Part shown: positions 1 to 11,312 of the stretch, in pieces
Layout: the number at the start of each line of letters is the position of its first letter
How positions within the stretch are numbered: the first letter of the stretch is position 1
Position numbers and translations under genes: made by a program
Source: Catajapyx aquilonaris
Lineage: Eukaryota
Assembly: GCA_000934665.2 (NCBI GenBank)
Contig: JYFJ02001593.1
Coordinates: forward strand, 56,418 to 76,417
Direction of reading: 5' to 3'
DNA: 20,000 nucleotides
The notes under the pieces: model-generated
What the model saw: the letters and a program-made list of their open reading frames with translations, nothing else
What the model was told of the DNA's origin: nothing
Database searches by the model: none

Positions 1-130
1 ACATCAGTAAAACTACACTGCATGAACATTGCTGACTTTTTATTTATTAATTACCTAAGTGTCGAATGCTCTCAGCATGCAAATGTATCGTTATGAAGAA
101 AAATACATTCCGATTACGGTTTAAATTAAC

Positions 131-1081
131 CACAAAGTATTTCTGTGTATAACTTCTGGTGTATAACATACAGAAACAAAGAGTAAATTCCCACCAATTG
201 CATGTTCTGCACAAGGCAATCATGCAATGTAATGACAAGAAATGTACGGTTTCAGTTTGCCTGTCTGGTAAGCCTGTAATTTTTGGCATACACTTTTTCC
301 AAGACCATTTCCCCTGTAATTTTATGTCCTTAATACCGCACTAAACAAGCTACACATTTTCATATGTATACCTTTCGATTCAGAATTGAGCGCAGAGTTG
401 CATCTGTGAACATCAGCACTTAACACCTCTGATAACCATTAAAATAATCAAGTTAGTGCCAAAAATCACTATCAATTTCATTTCCATGTAATCACACTTA
501 TAAACTGTAGAGATGACATATTCTAAAATTTTGTCCCCGCCTTTGTGATTTAATTCCCCTATTCGTACACACCTTCGCCAAATGTTTCGAGGAACATGAC
601 GCAAACGAGGTTATCAATACTCTCGATATAGAAATGCATCCCTGGATGACGCAAAAACAAGCACGACCCTTGACAGTTATTTTCCCAGAATTTCCTGTAC
701 TTCCGTCTCTCTTTTTTTTTCTTTTTCATTCCAAAAGTACCCCCAGTATTAACTCGCATGGTTTACTTCAAAAATGTACTTAGCATCCAGAGAATGTTCT
801 CATGGCCCGACGCTGACACGAGACATGCAGCTGCTGACAACTCCAAGGTTAACAGAGCCTTTCTGGTCAATTTACCTGACGTCCAGACAAATAAACTTGT
901 TGCACCACAAAATGGGTAAGGTTACCCAAGTTCTGCGCTAAACCTGGGAGCCAAAGAGGACAATTATAATTACGCCCAAAATAGTTGATGACACCCAAGG
1001 CGCCACAAATCAGACGTTTGCCAATGTGCCAGTCCGTCAAGAGCATTCCTCTCCAGTGTTTACGCAGCAGGATTCCTTTCC
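131..1081 (-). pseudogene. Divergent Ser/Thr protein-kinase-like gene, N-lobe to helix E, spliced. Probable pseudogene or pseudokinase; continues beyond the window start.
   Basis: Manual minus-strand translation gives kinase subdomain-like motifs in the correct order: DWHIGKRLICGALGVINYFG (beta1/Gly loop), THFVVQQV (beta3, K replaced by Q), a 1-nt frameshift near 878, LELSAAACL (helix C), GHENILWML (HxNI), VCVMFLETFG (beta5/hinge), ATLRSIL (helix D), GKLKPSYTQKYFV (start of helix E). Segments 1081-780, 641-573, 403-372, 273-248 and 155-131 are joined by four GT-AG introns (138, 169, 98 and 92 nt) that all preserve the frame. Confidence 0.55.
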
Positions 1082-3211
1082 CTGTGGTGCTGTTATGCCA
1101 CAGCTAGGAAGGAAACGCGTTACCTAATTCAGACCAGACAGGCACCAGTCTCAAAATCGACCAAAATTAGCTACTTCTTGGTGGGCTATCCAAATAAATC
1201 AGGGAGATATTGCCAGCCCAGATGTCAGCGACTTATTTCCACTTCACTCAATAATTATACAGATCGATGTGGTCAGCAACCCGGCAGACACAGCTAGAAA
1301 TAGATTCGGGGATCGTAAAAGGTGTTTACAACTGAGGGTATAATTTGGCTTTTCCGCACTTTGTTGCTGTTTTTTCTCTCTGACCGCCGATTCCGGCAAC
1401 TGCATCACCGTCTGGCTGGGGTGAGCACATACAGTATATGTCAGGAGGACCTTCGAATTTTGAAAAAGTGGCTATACCTGTACATCTCTGGCTCCTGGAA
1501 CGATGTCAAGGCCGTTTTGTGTCTGTACCTGCTGGGATCTGATTTCGGGGCGGCGAAGTTAAAAGCGTTTCATTGGCACCGGAAGCCGCATGTCGCCAGC
1601 ACCAAAGTTAGCAGAAAGGGTAACAGAAATAAAGGGGAGAGACATATAAAAATAAAATAACTTTAATCGGGCCCACAAAACACCGCAATCTAAACCTCGG
1701 CAAAGATAAGGCAGTATAATTTTGCGAATTTATACATACTGCAAAAAGTGCCTTCCAGGGAAGTGTCTGCATTCTTTGGGTGATGACAGCCGATACTAAT
1801 CTCTGCTGACATTTCGACACTGACCTTCCTCGGATTTGCGAGACTAATCTCTACAACTGACGTGTGGCCCTCAATAATATAGTTGAAGGATATCCGTGAA
1901 CGTCGGCACATATTTGTTATTGAAGTACTCATTAAGGATTTCGCGGGTGATAAAACTGGGGATTCCGAATAAGCTAGAGGCCCAGTAACGAAATAAGCGC
2001 GCAATGGGTCCACCACACCCGATCTTACAGAGTCAAGGTTGGCCCATTAAAAGCGACTTGAACAAACAGGGTAAATACACCGTTTGCTTCCTTTTTAATT
2101 GCACCCCTCCCGGTGGACAGTCCTTGACCATATTCAGAGAGTGACAGCTACACTTTCCGTTTCATACTCCAAGGTCAGTCCTTTAGGAGGCGGAAGGGGT
2201 CACGACCTGTTAGCACATGTCACTTTGAACTATATACGCCGAAATGCCCACAATCAAAAATAAGCTGCCCGATAAGGTGATATCAGGTTTTAGTGTCCAG
2301 ATCCGCCAAATCGAATACCGAACAAATAATAATTTGAGCTATACTTGAACGGATCCGATTAATTGAAAAGCCAAGAGCTCATTATTAAGGACCACCCTGC
2401 GCTGAATGAATCAGGTTTCAACGGACAAAAATTCGTCAGTATAGGAGCTAGACTGAACCAGTAGCTTTTTTATATATATATCTGACCTTTCCTTTTTCTG
2501 CCAGCTCGACCTTTTGACCCTGGCCCTTCAACCGGCTCTGAAGGCAGGCTGTCTGCTTCGACCACCCTAGTTTCACCATCCCCACCACCACCACCACCAC
2601 CACAATTCCATTTTTGGTCCAACAGCATCAACAAGCAAGGGCTCCAGGCCGTTGACTCACACTCCCATCGGAAAAGGATCACTTGAGATATCTCCACAAG
2701 TTTGACCTTTGACCCGCTTCCTATATACGCACACATTCGGACGCAACCCTTGGCATAATAAAAGTATATTACTCGATTCGACCGCTGTGTTTGTTATTCT
2801 AATGACTATAACCCAGGCTATGAAACAACAACTCATTTCCCCCTGTGGTGAGATCACTGATCAGTAATGATCATATGTATTGCTTGTGCCACGAATTCTT
2901 TTCGAGTGAACCCGCATCCTTCCGGAGGTGACCCCCCTGTGAATGTCCGAGTGTCCAAAAAGTCCTTCCTGAGGAGGCAATGGCACCTTGGCAGTGCTTC
3001 AGGATCCTTGAGCCTCCAACCCCACCACCACCATGTAAATAAGCCCACCCTCTCTCTCTCTCTCAGCCAAGCCCAGCATCCCTGTGTTGTCTGAGTGTGT
3101 TGGGACACAGTTGAAGTCTGGCAGGCACAGAGGAAGGTCCTGCACCACCATATCTGGGAGGAGTGTGATGATGAGCCGGCGCCGGGCATCATCCAGATAG
3201 GCTGCGGCTCT

Positions 3212-3240
3212 TGAGTCACGTGCTTCTTTCAACTATATAA
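3212..3240 (+). promoter_or_regulatory. Putative core promoter of the secreted coiled-coil gene
   Basis: TGAGTCA (AP-1-like, 3212-3218) overlaps CACGTG (E-box, 3217-3222). TATATAA follows at 3234-3240, about 70 bp upstream of the ATG at 3309. Confidence 0.4.
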
Positions 3241-3308
3241 TATACAAAGACGTCTTTTCTCTCTCTCTGTGGGATCTCTCCTTCTGTTGCTTTTCTTCCG
3301 GAGAGTGA

Positions 3309-6300
3309 ATGCCAACAATGCAGTGCTTCCGGTGTCGGAGGTGGGACGGTGGGTGCGACAATGGGAGGAGGGACAGGTGTGCACTCGCGGTTACAGTGAT
3401 CTTCATGTGCTGTGTCCAGCGTGTGTGGACAGCACCGGCTGCCGACGCGGATCCGGCGTCGGGAGCGTCGTCGTCGTCGTCGGGGGCATCCGGGGTGCCC
3501 TCGTGGTCCTACGCGATCTCACACAGCAGCAGGCAGGTCAGTCAGAAATAGTTGCTGGTGCCATAATCGCAGCTTATCTCGAGGTCCTGAACCTTTTCTG
3601 CACTGGATGCAGCTAGTTTTTGCACTCCTTTTTACCACTCAAACTACGTAATGTACATAACACAAGAGACATGTTCACTCCAGAAACCAGCACGAATGAA
3701 AGCAACAAGTACTCACTTTTGGAGTGTTGCTGGAGAAAACAATTTTTTTGAACAACTGTGCTTTGGTTTATTGGACATCCGGACAAGTACGCTCGTATGA
3801 ATCAGAAGGAAATTTATACTATCCGGATCGGGAATCGAAATCAGGACATCGGAGGTGGTATGGCACCACCTTGAAAATGTGGACAGACAGTGAAAGCTGC
3901 TAATATACAGAATAATGCAAAGTATGACAGATTGTAATTAAAATGCATCGGGTATCTCACACAAAAAAAAAACAGGTTGGCCATCACTCGTCAGTGCATA
4001 ATATAAACGCACATGCACTCAAACCCGTAATTAAAACGTCGGCTCATAAATGCAGCGTGTCAAGACAAACTGGTTCACCAAGTGCTGCATGGAACGAGCA
4101 GCTAATGCGGGGGAAAAAAATGATTCAATGGAACTATAGCTTCTTTTTTCGGACAGCGACCATGTGCATCTCACTCGTAGGGCCTCTCATTAACATAATT
4201 AAACTGTCAAGTGATGGGTGACAGCAGCCTGTGGAGTCGTCGTTATAAAATGTTGCATGCGCGGGTGGTTAAGGAAAAACAAACATGTTGCGTAACAGAT
4301 AACTTCCTGGGTGTGCTTGCCACTCGAAACATAACCCATCATCACATCATTACCATCACCTTCAATGATCTACACCAGGTTAACACTTTCGATCAACTCC
4401 TCCCAAAACGCGCCAAAACGAAGGTTAACATGCACTGAAAATATTTTCCACGTGAAATGAACGCCTAATTGCACAGTATAACACAATTTAATGAGCCGTG
4501 CATTTTTTTTAAATACCTACATTGGTTAAATGATTAAATTAATTACGTGTGTCTGGAGTCTATGTCGCACCATACAATGGAAAAAGTAATAAATAAATAA
4601 ATAATGAGCAGTGTCTCTTAGTCAAATATTATCACAAGTGAACCCGTTGTCAATTTGTCAAACAACTTTAATGAGAATGCCCTCCGATTTACCACGTAGT
4701 TCTACTTTTCACGGATAGATGGCGCACACGCCCTCTGCACACTCCTGCCACCCTCAGGTCGTGCGAGAGATAGTGGCACTATCTGGTCGGACAAACATCC
4801 GACGGAGCGTATAAGCCTATTATGAGAAAAATGCTGAAAGTTGGTTGATATAATCATGCAGAAGCACACACCAGCCTCTCAATTTGGTCCATTAATTTGT
4901 TCATTAGTTGAGCAGTAATTGCAGTTAATTCTGGCTGAATATTAAATGTTGTTTTTAAAACTCTGCAGCAGCATACATAATGGAGCGTGTCCCTGAACTA
5001 GTCTGCGTTCAATCTACTTTTTTTTCCCCCGTCTTAACTCATCCCATTCATAACTTGGGGAGTGACGTGTAACGAGCACTTTTCCAAAACACCTATTTCC
5101 GGGGTGTGTGTGTGTGTATGGCGGGGGGTAGACATGTGGCAAATGGAAAAGGCATTCCTGGGCACGGAATCCCACCTGCTGAAGCGTCGGAAGAACAAAA
5201 TGCTCCAGAAATAGATGGTTCCAGGGGGGGATGCGGCTCACAGCATTTGCGATGTGCAACCGGCTGCTTCGCATTTAAGGAGATATATTTTTTGCGCGGC
5301 CCACGCACCAATTTTCGCCCACCCCTTTTTGGTCGAATATTACTGGCGACACTCTATTTATAGAATCTTGGGGGAGGGGTGAAAGAGTAAATTACGGCGG
5401 ATTATTTCAACAGCGCGGGGATGTCTTACTAATGACTCGCCCAAATGCATTGCCGACAAATCACTCGCGAGTTGGCCCACCTCGCTCTGGCAACAACCCA
5501 AAATTGCGGACAAAAAGAGTCGTTAAATAGGCAGGAAAAAAGAGCACACAAATTAGCCTCTGGCTCTTTATACGTTTCCCTCTCAGTTTGGCGGTCAATT
5601 AAATATATTGTACGCTCAAATTGGTGGCAGGCCCTTTTATTGTGGTGTCTATACAAACACGCGAGATGCGGTCCGAAGAAAATTTTCTGGATTGGGCGGG
5701 CTTACACAATCTGATGTTTCGTAACCCTTGTCACGCCCTCTAAATTTTAGATTTATCAACATTTCCTTCTTGTACCGACTGCGATAAACGCCTCGTTTAC
5801 ACATGTACGGAGCTGATAAGAGTTGAGTATGACAAGAGACGCCGGAGGGACACAGGCCCTCATGAGGTCATTTCAAACATTTGCGTGCTCTGGAGGACGA
5901 CAATTTAAAGAACGCTATACATATGTTGAAGTACGCATTAATCTATCACGTAAAATGCAGGCACGCACTACATATTTACCTTCATGATTTCCTGAGTGGG
6001 ATATAATAGGAAACGTATGAATTCCCGCTAGAAACTTCGGACAAGGACACAGAAAAAGGAGCCTATAATAATCTAGACCCTAAATATTTACACTCGTACC
6101 TCAAGACTCGTCGGGTCCGACGCCTTGTCCCAAATTAAAGGGTAAGTTCACAATCAAGGACCAGGGTTGAGCAAAAAAAAAAAAAAAAACTCCGTCGCGT
6201 GTAGCCCCAAACATGACAAGATGTGGTAAAAAAATATATATAAAAAACTAGCAGCAGATCTGACTACTGTTTTGAAACAAAAAATAATTCGAGCTCGACA

Positions 6301-9300
6301 CAAAAATTTGCAGAGTGGCAGATTAGTTATGCATGAACGCAATGCTGGAAAAGTAGCACCGCATAAAAACCATCTTATTAATTTAATGAATCGCCGTAAT
6401 TCTCTAAATCGATGTATAGTTGTGCGAAAAATATTAATTGCGGCTGAATGTGTAACAAAAGTAGTCATTGAATCGTGAAGATAAATCACTGTTTGCTCTC
6501 ATTCAATTTGTCAGGGCATTACATCCATCACGATTTACTGTAGCAAAATGTACCACAAGCTGTACGTGTGAAGCCAGGCCCTTTTATTTATAAACAACAA
6601 AGCCATAAAATGACGAGTTGGTGCAGTGATTATCGAAGGTCAAGAGCACTTGACGAAAAGAGCAAGGCTCGAGTCCCTATATGAAAACACCGGCGAAATG
6701 AAAGGCGCAACTAATTATTCTCATAATAATTTCAGCCTTCATGTGTATATCAACTGTGTATTGGTAACTAAAGCAAGCCAAACAAAAACTGTGTGCCCCT
6801 GGCTAAGGAAAAGTAGCGGCGCCAAGCAGACGTCTGGTGTCAATCCTAATTAATAGGTTTGCTTGGCTGTTAACAAGCCAGACAGTGGGCGGAACACAAT
6901 GGTCTTTTTGAAAGGCGTCTCTCTCTCCAGCTCATTTTCTCCATATATTCTGACAGGGGGTGTCGTCGCTCCAGGCGTCCCTGGCGTCGGTGGAGGAGCG
7001 TCTGAGAGGAGTGGACGCGGCCCTGAGTCTGAGGGTGGCCCCACGACTGGAACTGGGCCTGGAGCAGCTGGGAAGGCGCCTGGAAGCACTGGAAGCCCGC
7101 ATGTCCAGAGGGGATGCCCTCCTGGAAGTCAGGCTCCTCAAGATCAACGAGGTTCGTCCGATTGGTTTGTCCAGAAGAGATACACAGGAAGACCCAAGGG
7201 CGTTTGCCAAACTAGATCTCTCTCTATAGCCAGACGCCGTAACCTCAGCTGCCACTCATGTGGTTACGGCTATAGGTCACTCCCTGGTCTGAAATAATTC
7301 TATGACGTCTCAGTTGCAAAGTTAATAGGCGCTTTGCCACTATTGGTCATTTGTGCATTGCACTCCCAGTGCAACCTTATGCTATTTGTGTAGCAGAGGC
7401 GCCTTGCACTCAAAAATATCGCACTCATTGCACTTCTTACATTGCGTCATTTGCCAAGAATTTCAGGTACAACAGATGGGGTACAGAAATGATCAGATAT
7501 TTGAGAGCAATAATTACCACCTTTCCTATGAACACACTAGTCAATAATGAATCAGGTGGAAATTAAGAAAATGCATGCATACAATATGTTTGAGAATGAT
7601 AGTGATCAGTATCTATTACCCCATAGTAGCTGTAGTGTCAAATCTATAATTTGATGCCTCAGGCATTTGATTAATGGATTCCAATACATACAGTGGCTTA
7701 TATACTGACTACCATTGATCAAGTGCCTCAGGCGCATGAGAGACGTAACATTCAGAACGTCACCCTTTGGTTTATTATGATAATGAATCTCACATAATTT
7801 GCACATTTCGACTTGCCGTCGTTACTAGTTAGTACTACTTTCTCCCCTAAATGTGATCAGTATATCATTTAAATGCCAAATTAAAAGCAACATTTGCATA
7901 AAAATATTCAGGCATTTTATGTCCTTTTAGGCCCTGTCGTCTAAACAGATGAAAGAAGATCTGGCTAATGAGCAGCTCGGTCGTAAAATTGAGAATGTGT
8001 ACGAGAGGATAAGCCACAGGACTAGTTACATGGACGCTCGTCTGGATCTCGTCATGGCCAAGTATGAAGCCAAAGTAGAGGCCAAGTTGGCAGAGCTGCA
8101 GGTGAATAATGAATCTCATCAGACGTGTCCATGAAATTTTAAAACGCAGAAGAGTTCACTTGCAGAAAACAGTGGACTCGAACCACGACCAAACTCGGAA
8201 GATCCAGGAGAGGGTGGAGCAGGTGCAGAAGGCGATGCACGGGTTCACCTCGCAAATGGGAAACCTGCAGAACAACGCTGCTTCCTGCAGCGAGATACCA
8301 GGGATTCTGGACGACAATATCGGAGGCATAATGGAGCACCACGTTAGGAATCTCAGGCATGTCATCAACGCCAAGGCTGACCTCCTGGCCGACAAGATGG
8401 AGGACTCTTCCGATCGGCTCAAGGAGCTGGAACTTGAGGTGCATGCATACCTTACCAGTTTAATTATCTCGGGGATTACTAGCACAGTATGATGCATGCT
8501 AAAATTATCCGGTATAGCTCACTGTCGTAATCGCATTTCAGCTGGAAGACACAAAGGGCGAGTTAAGACGGAACGAACTGCAAGACCAATCTGCTTTGGT
8601 CACGCTCCAAACCTCGCTGAACAACCTCCAGATGGTCATTCAGGGAAACATGACAGCCGATCACCACTCCCCATCACCTCGGCCCCTGTCCGACCTCTTC
8701 CATGCCGTGGACCAGCAGGACCAGTCAATAGTGGCCCTCCAGGATGCAATGTCTAGTTCCGTACAGCGCCTCACCCAGATGGAGCTCAGCATCCAGGAGC
8801 TAATCAATCACACCAAGACTGAGCAAGATTCGATGCATGATCATCAGCATGAGCTGAACAGCGAGGAGGTTAGGCATTCAGGCGAGGAGGTTATGACAGA
8901 CATGCAGCTTGACGTCCGGAACCTGGTTGCTCAGGCGTCCACCGGATTCTGGAAGAACATCAGTAATGCTGTGCTGGATGGACTCACGAGCAGCGAGACT
9001 GGGATTAAAGAGTCAATCGGAACTGAAGCTAAGAATATTGCCTACAAGGTATGTATTAGCATAGTAAAGGTAACTACAGTGTTACATCTGGAGCTTCATT
9101 CATTTCCAGCTATCAAACATGTACAATGACCTCTGGGACGCCTTGAAGAAGACACAGAAAAATGTGGAGGACTTAATGAGTATGTCGAACGTGACAAGGA
9201 GAGAAATGCAGGAGGGATTCCGGCCTCGGGCACAGACACTCAAGAGGTCAAACTGTCCCAGTGGAGGTAACGCACTTGGCCGTCAGCTTCCCATATCTCA

Positions 9301-10155
9301 TTGTTAATACCTACCATATTTCTCAGATCTAATGGAGCAGACGCTGGATGGCCTGGGAGCGCTTCTCAAGAGAAAGCTCTCGGAAATAAACGAAAAAGTG
9401 GACTCCAATTTTCAGATGCTATTGATGGCTCAAAATATGTTCATGGATAGTTGCCACCGGATCCAGATGAATGAACCGCAGCTGGAATTGAAGATATCAC
9501 ATGTCCTGGATAAGATGCTCAGCATTTTTCTCAACAGGTGCTAGAGGCAACAGAAGTACAACAAAGTTTTAACGAATAAACATGTTCATGTTTCTTAAAT
9601 TACAGGAGCAGCAGCACAAGCAGGGAGGTTCATCACATGAGAGAATTCTTCACATCCCATGCCCTGATGACCAACCTGACCCTCTCCCGCATAGGGCAGG
9701 ACCTAGCTTACATGGCAGATCGACTGGCAGGAGAGTTCTCGGTGGCGCATGATGTTATATCCCTGCTCAAATCAGAACTCCTTGGGATTGATTCAAGTAA
9801 CAGGAGAGTCTCACACATTGTCCATTCCACTGGAGAAGGGTCTGGATTTGACCTGGAGGACCAGATAAACGCAGCTGGGGAGAATCTGGTGCCGGATGCA
9901 TCTCCTTCCAACCAGCACGTCAAACCACGAGGTAAGGAAAAGCGAGTTGGGGAAGCGAGCACAACATCTGGGCCAAGAACCACGCATGCTGAAGATTATT
10001 ACTACCCTGACCTGGCCGCATTGCTTGGAAAGGCTGCTGAGAGACACCACAAAGAGGGACACAAACGAAAGGAAGATTACGAGTACTATGATTATTTGGA
10101 AGAGGAGGAATCAGCCACGGAGAAAAATGTGACAACCCCGGTACCAGAAAAATAA
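3309..10155 (+). CDS. Uncharacterised predicted secreted long coiled-coil protein, ~763 aa, 8 exons
   Basis: Exons are 3309-3536, 6957-7151, 7931-8101, 8166-8438, 8542-9048, 9110-9266, 9327-9537 and 9606-10155. All junctions are GT-AG with matching phases (0,0,0,0,0,1,2). Exon 1 encodes a hydrophobic stretch and plausible cleavage site (CALAVTVIFMCCVQRVWTA/PA). Exons 2-7 are heptad-rich (e.g. LQASLASVEERLRGVD, LEQLGRRLEALEARM). The tail is acidic and Tyr-rich. The link from exon 1 to exon 2 across a 3.4-kb intron is the least certain part. Confidence 0.8.
4684..4815 (+). repeat. Dispersed repeat, copy 1 (probable non-autonomous transposon fragment)
   Basis: Shares collinear blocks CCGATTTACCA, ACGTAGT, TTCACG.ATAGA.GGCGCAC, CTGCACACTCCTGCCAC and ACTATC.GGTCGGACAAACATCC with 18527-18665. 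Confidence 0.75.
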
Positions 10156-10316
10156 ATTTTTTATCGTTTACATACTGTAATTTCTCAGTACCCGACACGC
10201 CTGTCATTTAACCCACCCAAAAATGCATTCCCATTTTCAACATAATTTGTATTCATGTACTGTAAAGTGTCCATGCAGTAATACCAAAAAAAAAAGAAAA
10301 AATGCAGTGGACTTAC

Positions 10317-11076
10317 CTCAAGCTTGGCATTGTTCTGGAATACTGTCTGGGCCTTGTGCGAAAGCTGCGCAAAGCATGAGCTCAAGGTCGTCATCTTCTG
10401 CCGACATGTGAACACATTTTCAGACTCATCTGCTTCTAACTCGCCTGAAAATAAGGACAAAAAAAATGTCATATTACCAAGCAGCACATTGGAAGCCGGA
10501 AAATATGAAATGGTCAGTTACGCAGGGAGGTATCGACAAAATGGACAAACAACCCTGGGCAATTTCATGTAGAAAAATATGAGTATTCATACACAATCAG
10601 GTAAATTATTCTGGCATTCAAAACATGCCGTATTTGACGGCATATAATTTTCCTCAAAAAATCCTCCTGCTTCTATGCGAATATGCAATAAAAGTATTTT
10701 TTCCCCCCCCCTGAATATGATTTGCTGAAATGGCGGTGCGTCTTATATGCCATCACATATACCAACAATGCCTGCAGATTGGCAACACCATGTCCAGCAG
10801 CCTGAAAGTGTACCCGTTCCAGACCCGGTCCATTCCCCAGCAGCTGTGTGTGAACATTATTGCGTCAGAACAGGCCCCCCTCCTGAATATTGGATGGCTC
10901 TCCTGAGGGCGTCTCCCCCTACACGCAACCTTTGACCTGGAAATGGTCTCTCCAGACAGACCGTTTCCCCCGTGCCAACCCTCCGTACCCAAGACGATGT
11001 CCAGGTCGACGAAGGCCTTGTCGAATTCCTTCTCCAGGATGTCCAGCCATCGGAAACCGACGCTTGCAGACGCCAT
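10317..11076 (-). CDS. GOPC: Golgi-associated PDZ and coiled-coil motif-containing protein (PIST/CAL/FIG), coding exons 1-2 only, 3' partial
   Basis: Exon 1 (11076-10989) encodes MASASVGFRWLDILEKEFDKAFVDLDIVL. A phase-1 intron follows. Exon 2 (10444-10317) encodes GELEADESENVFTCRQKMTTLSSCFAQLSHKAQTVFQNNAKLE and ends at a GTAAGT donor. This matches the conserved GOPC N-terminus (FRWLEVLEKEFDKAFVDVD...RQKMTSLSSCFAQLCHKAQ). Confidence 0.92.
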
Positions 11077-11312
11077 CTTGGAATTTATCTGCCACCGACA
11101 GCGACACAAGTTGCAGGAATTTCTGACATGTTCTGGACATTTGGGGGGGACGGGACGACACACCCGGTACTTGCTCCACTCGCTTAATCGGGCACGCACC
11201 TTTCAATTTTGCCATATAAAATTATGGAAATTGAAGAAAAAAAAATGGAATTTTAATGTGAAAAACTGCGGCATGTACACATAATTTGCAATGTCACGTA
11301 CCGGGCGCACTA

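Noticed and set aside
1871..1957. NKYVPTFTD as a Ras/Rho effector loop
   Set aside because: There is no P-loop (GxxxxGKS/T) upstream and no DxxG downstream, and the frame stops immediately.
2470..3232. Several 66-121 aa ORFs with poly-Gly, poly-His and ER runs
   Set aside because: The runs come from (CCA)n and (CT)n microsatellites. There is no coherent protein signal, and the region is likely upstream or regulatory DNA of the nested gene.
7358..7436. Cluster of TGCACTC (metal-response-element-like) motifs
   Set aside because: Only two full matches, deep in an intron, and short enough to occur by chance.
1081..10317. Natural GOPC-kinase fusion (FIG-ROS-like) by splicing GOPC exon 2 into the kinase-like exons
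   Set aside because: GOPC exon 2 ends in phase 0 but the candidate kinase acceptor at 1082 needs phase 1. The kinase sequence also looks disrupted. There is no supporting evidence.
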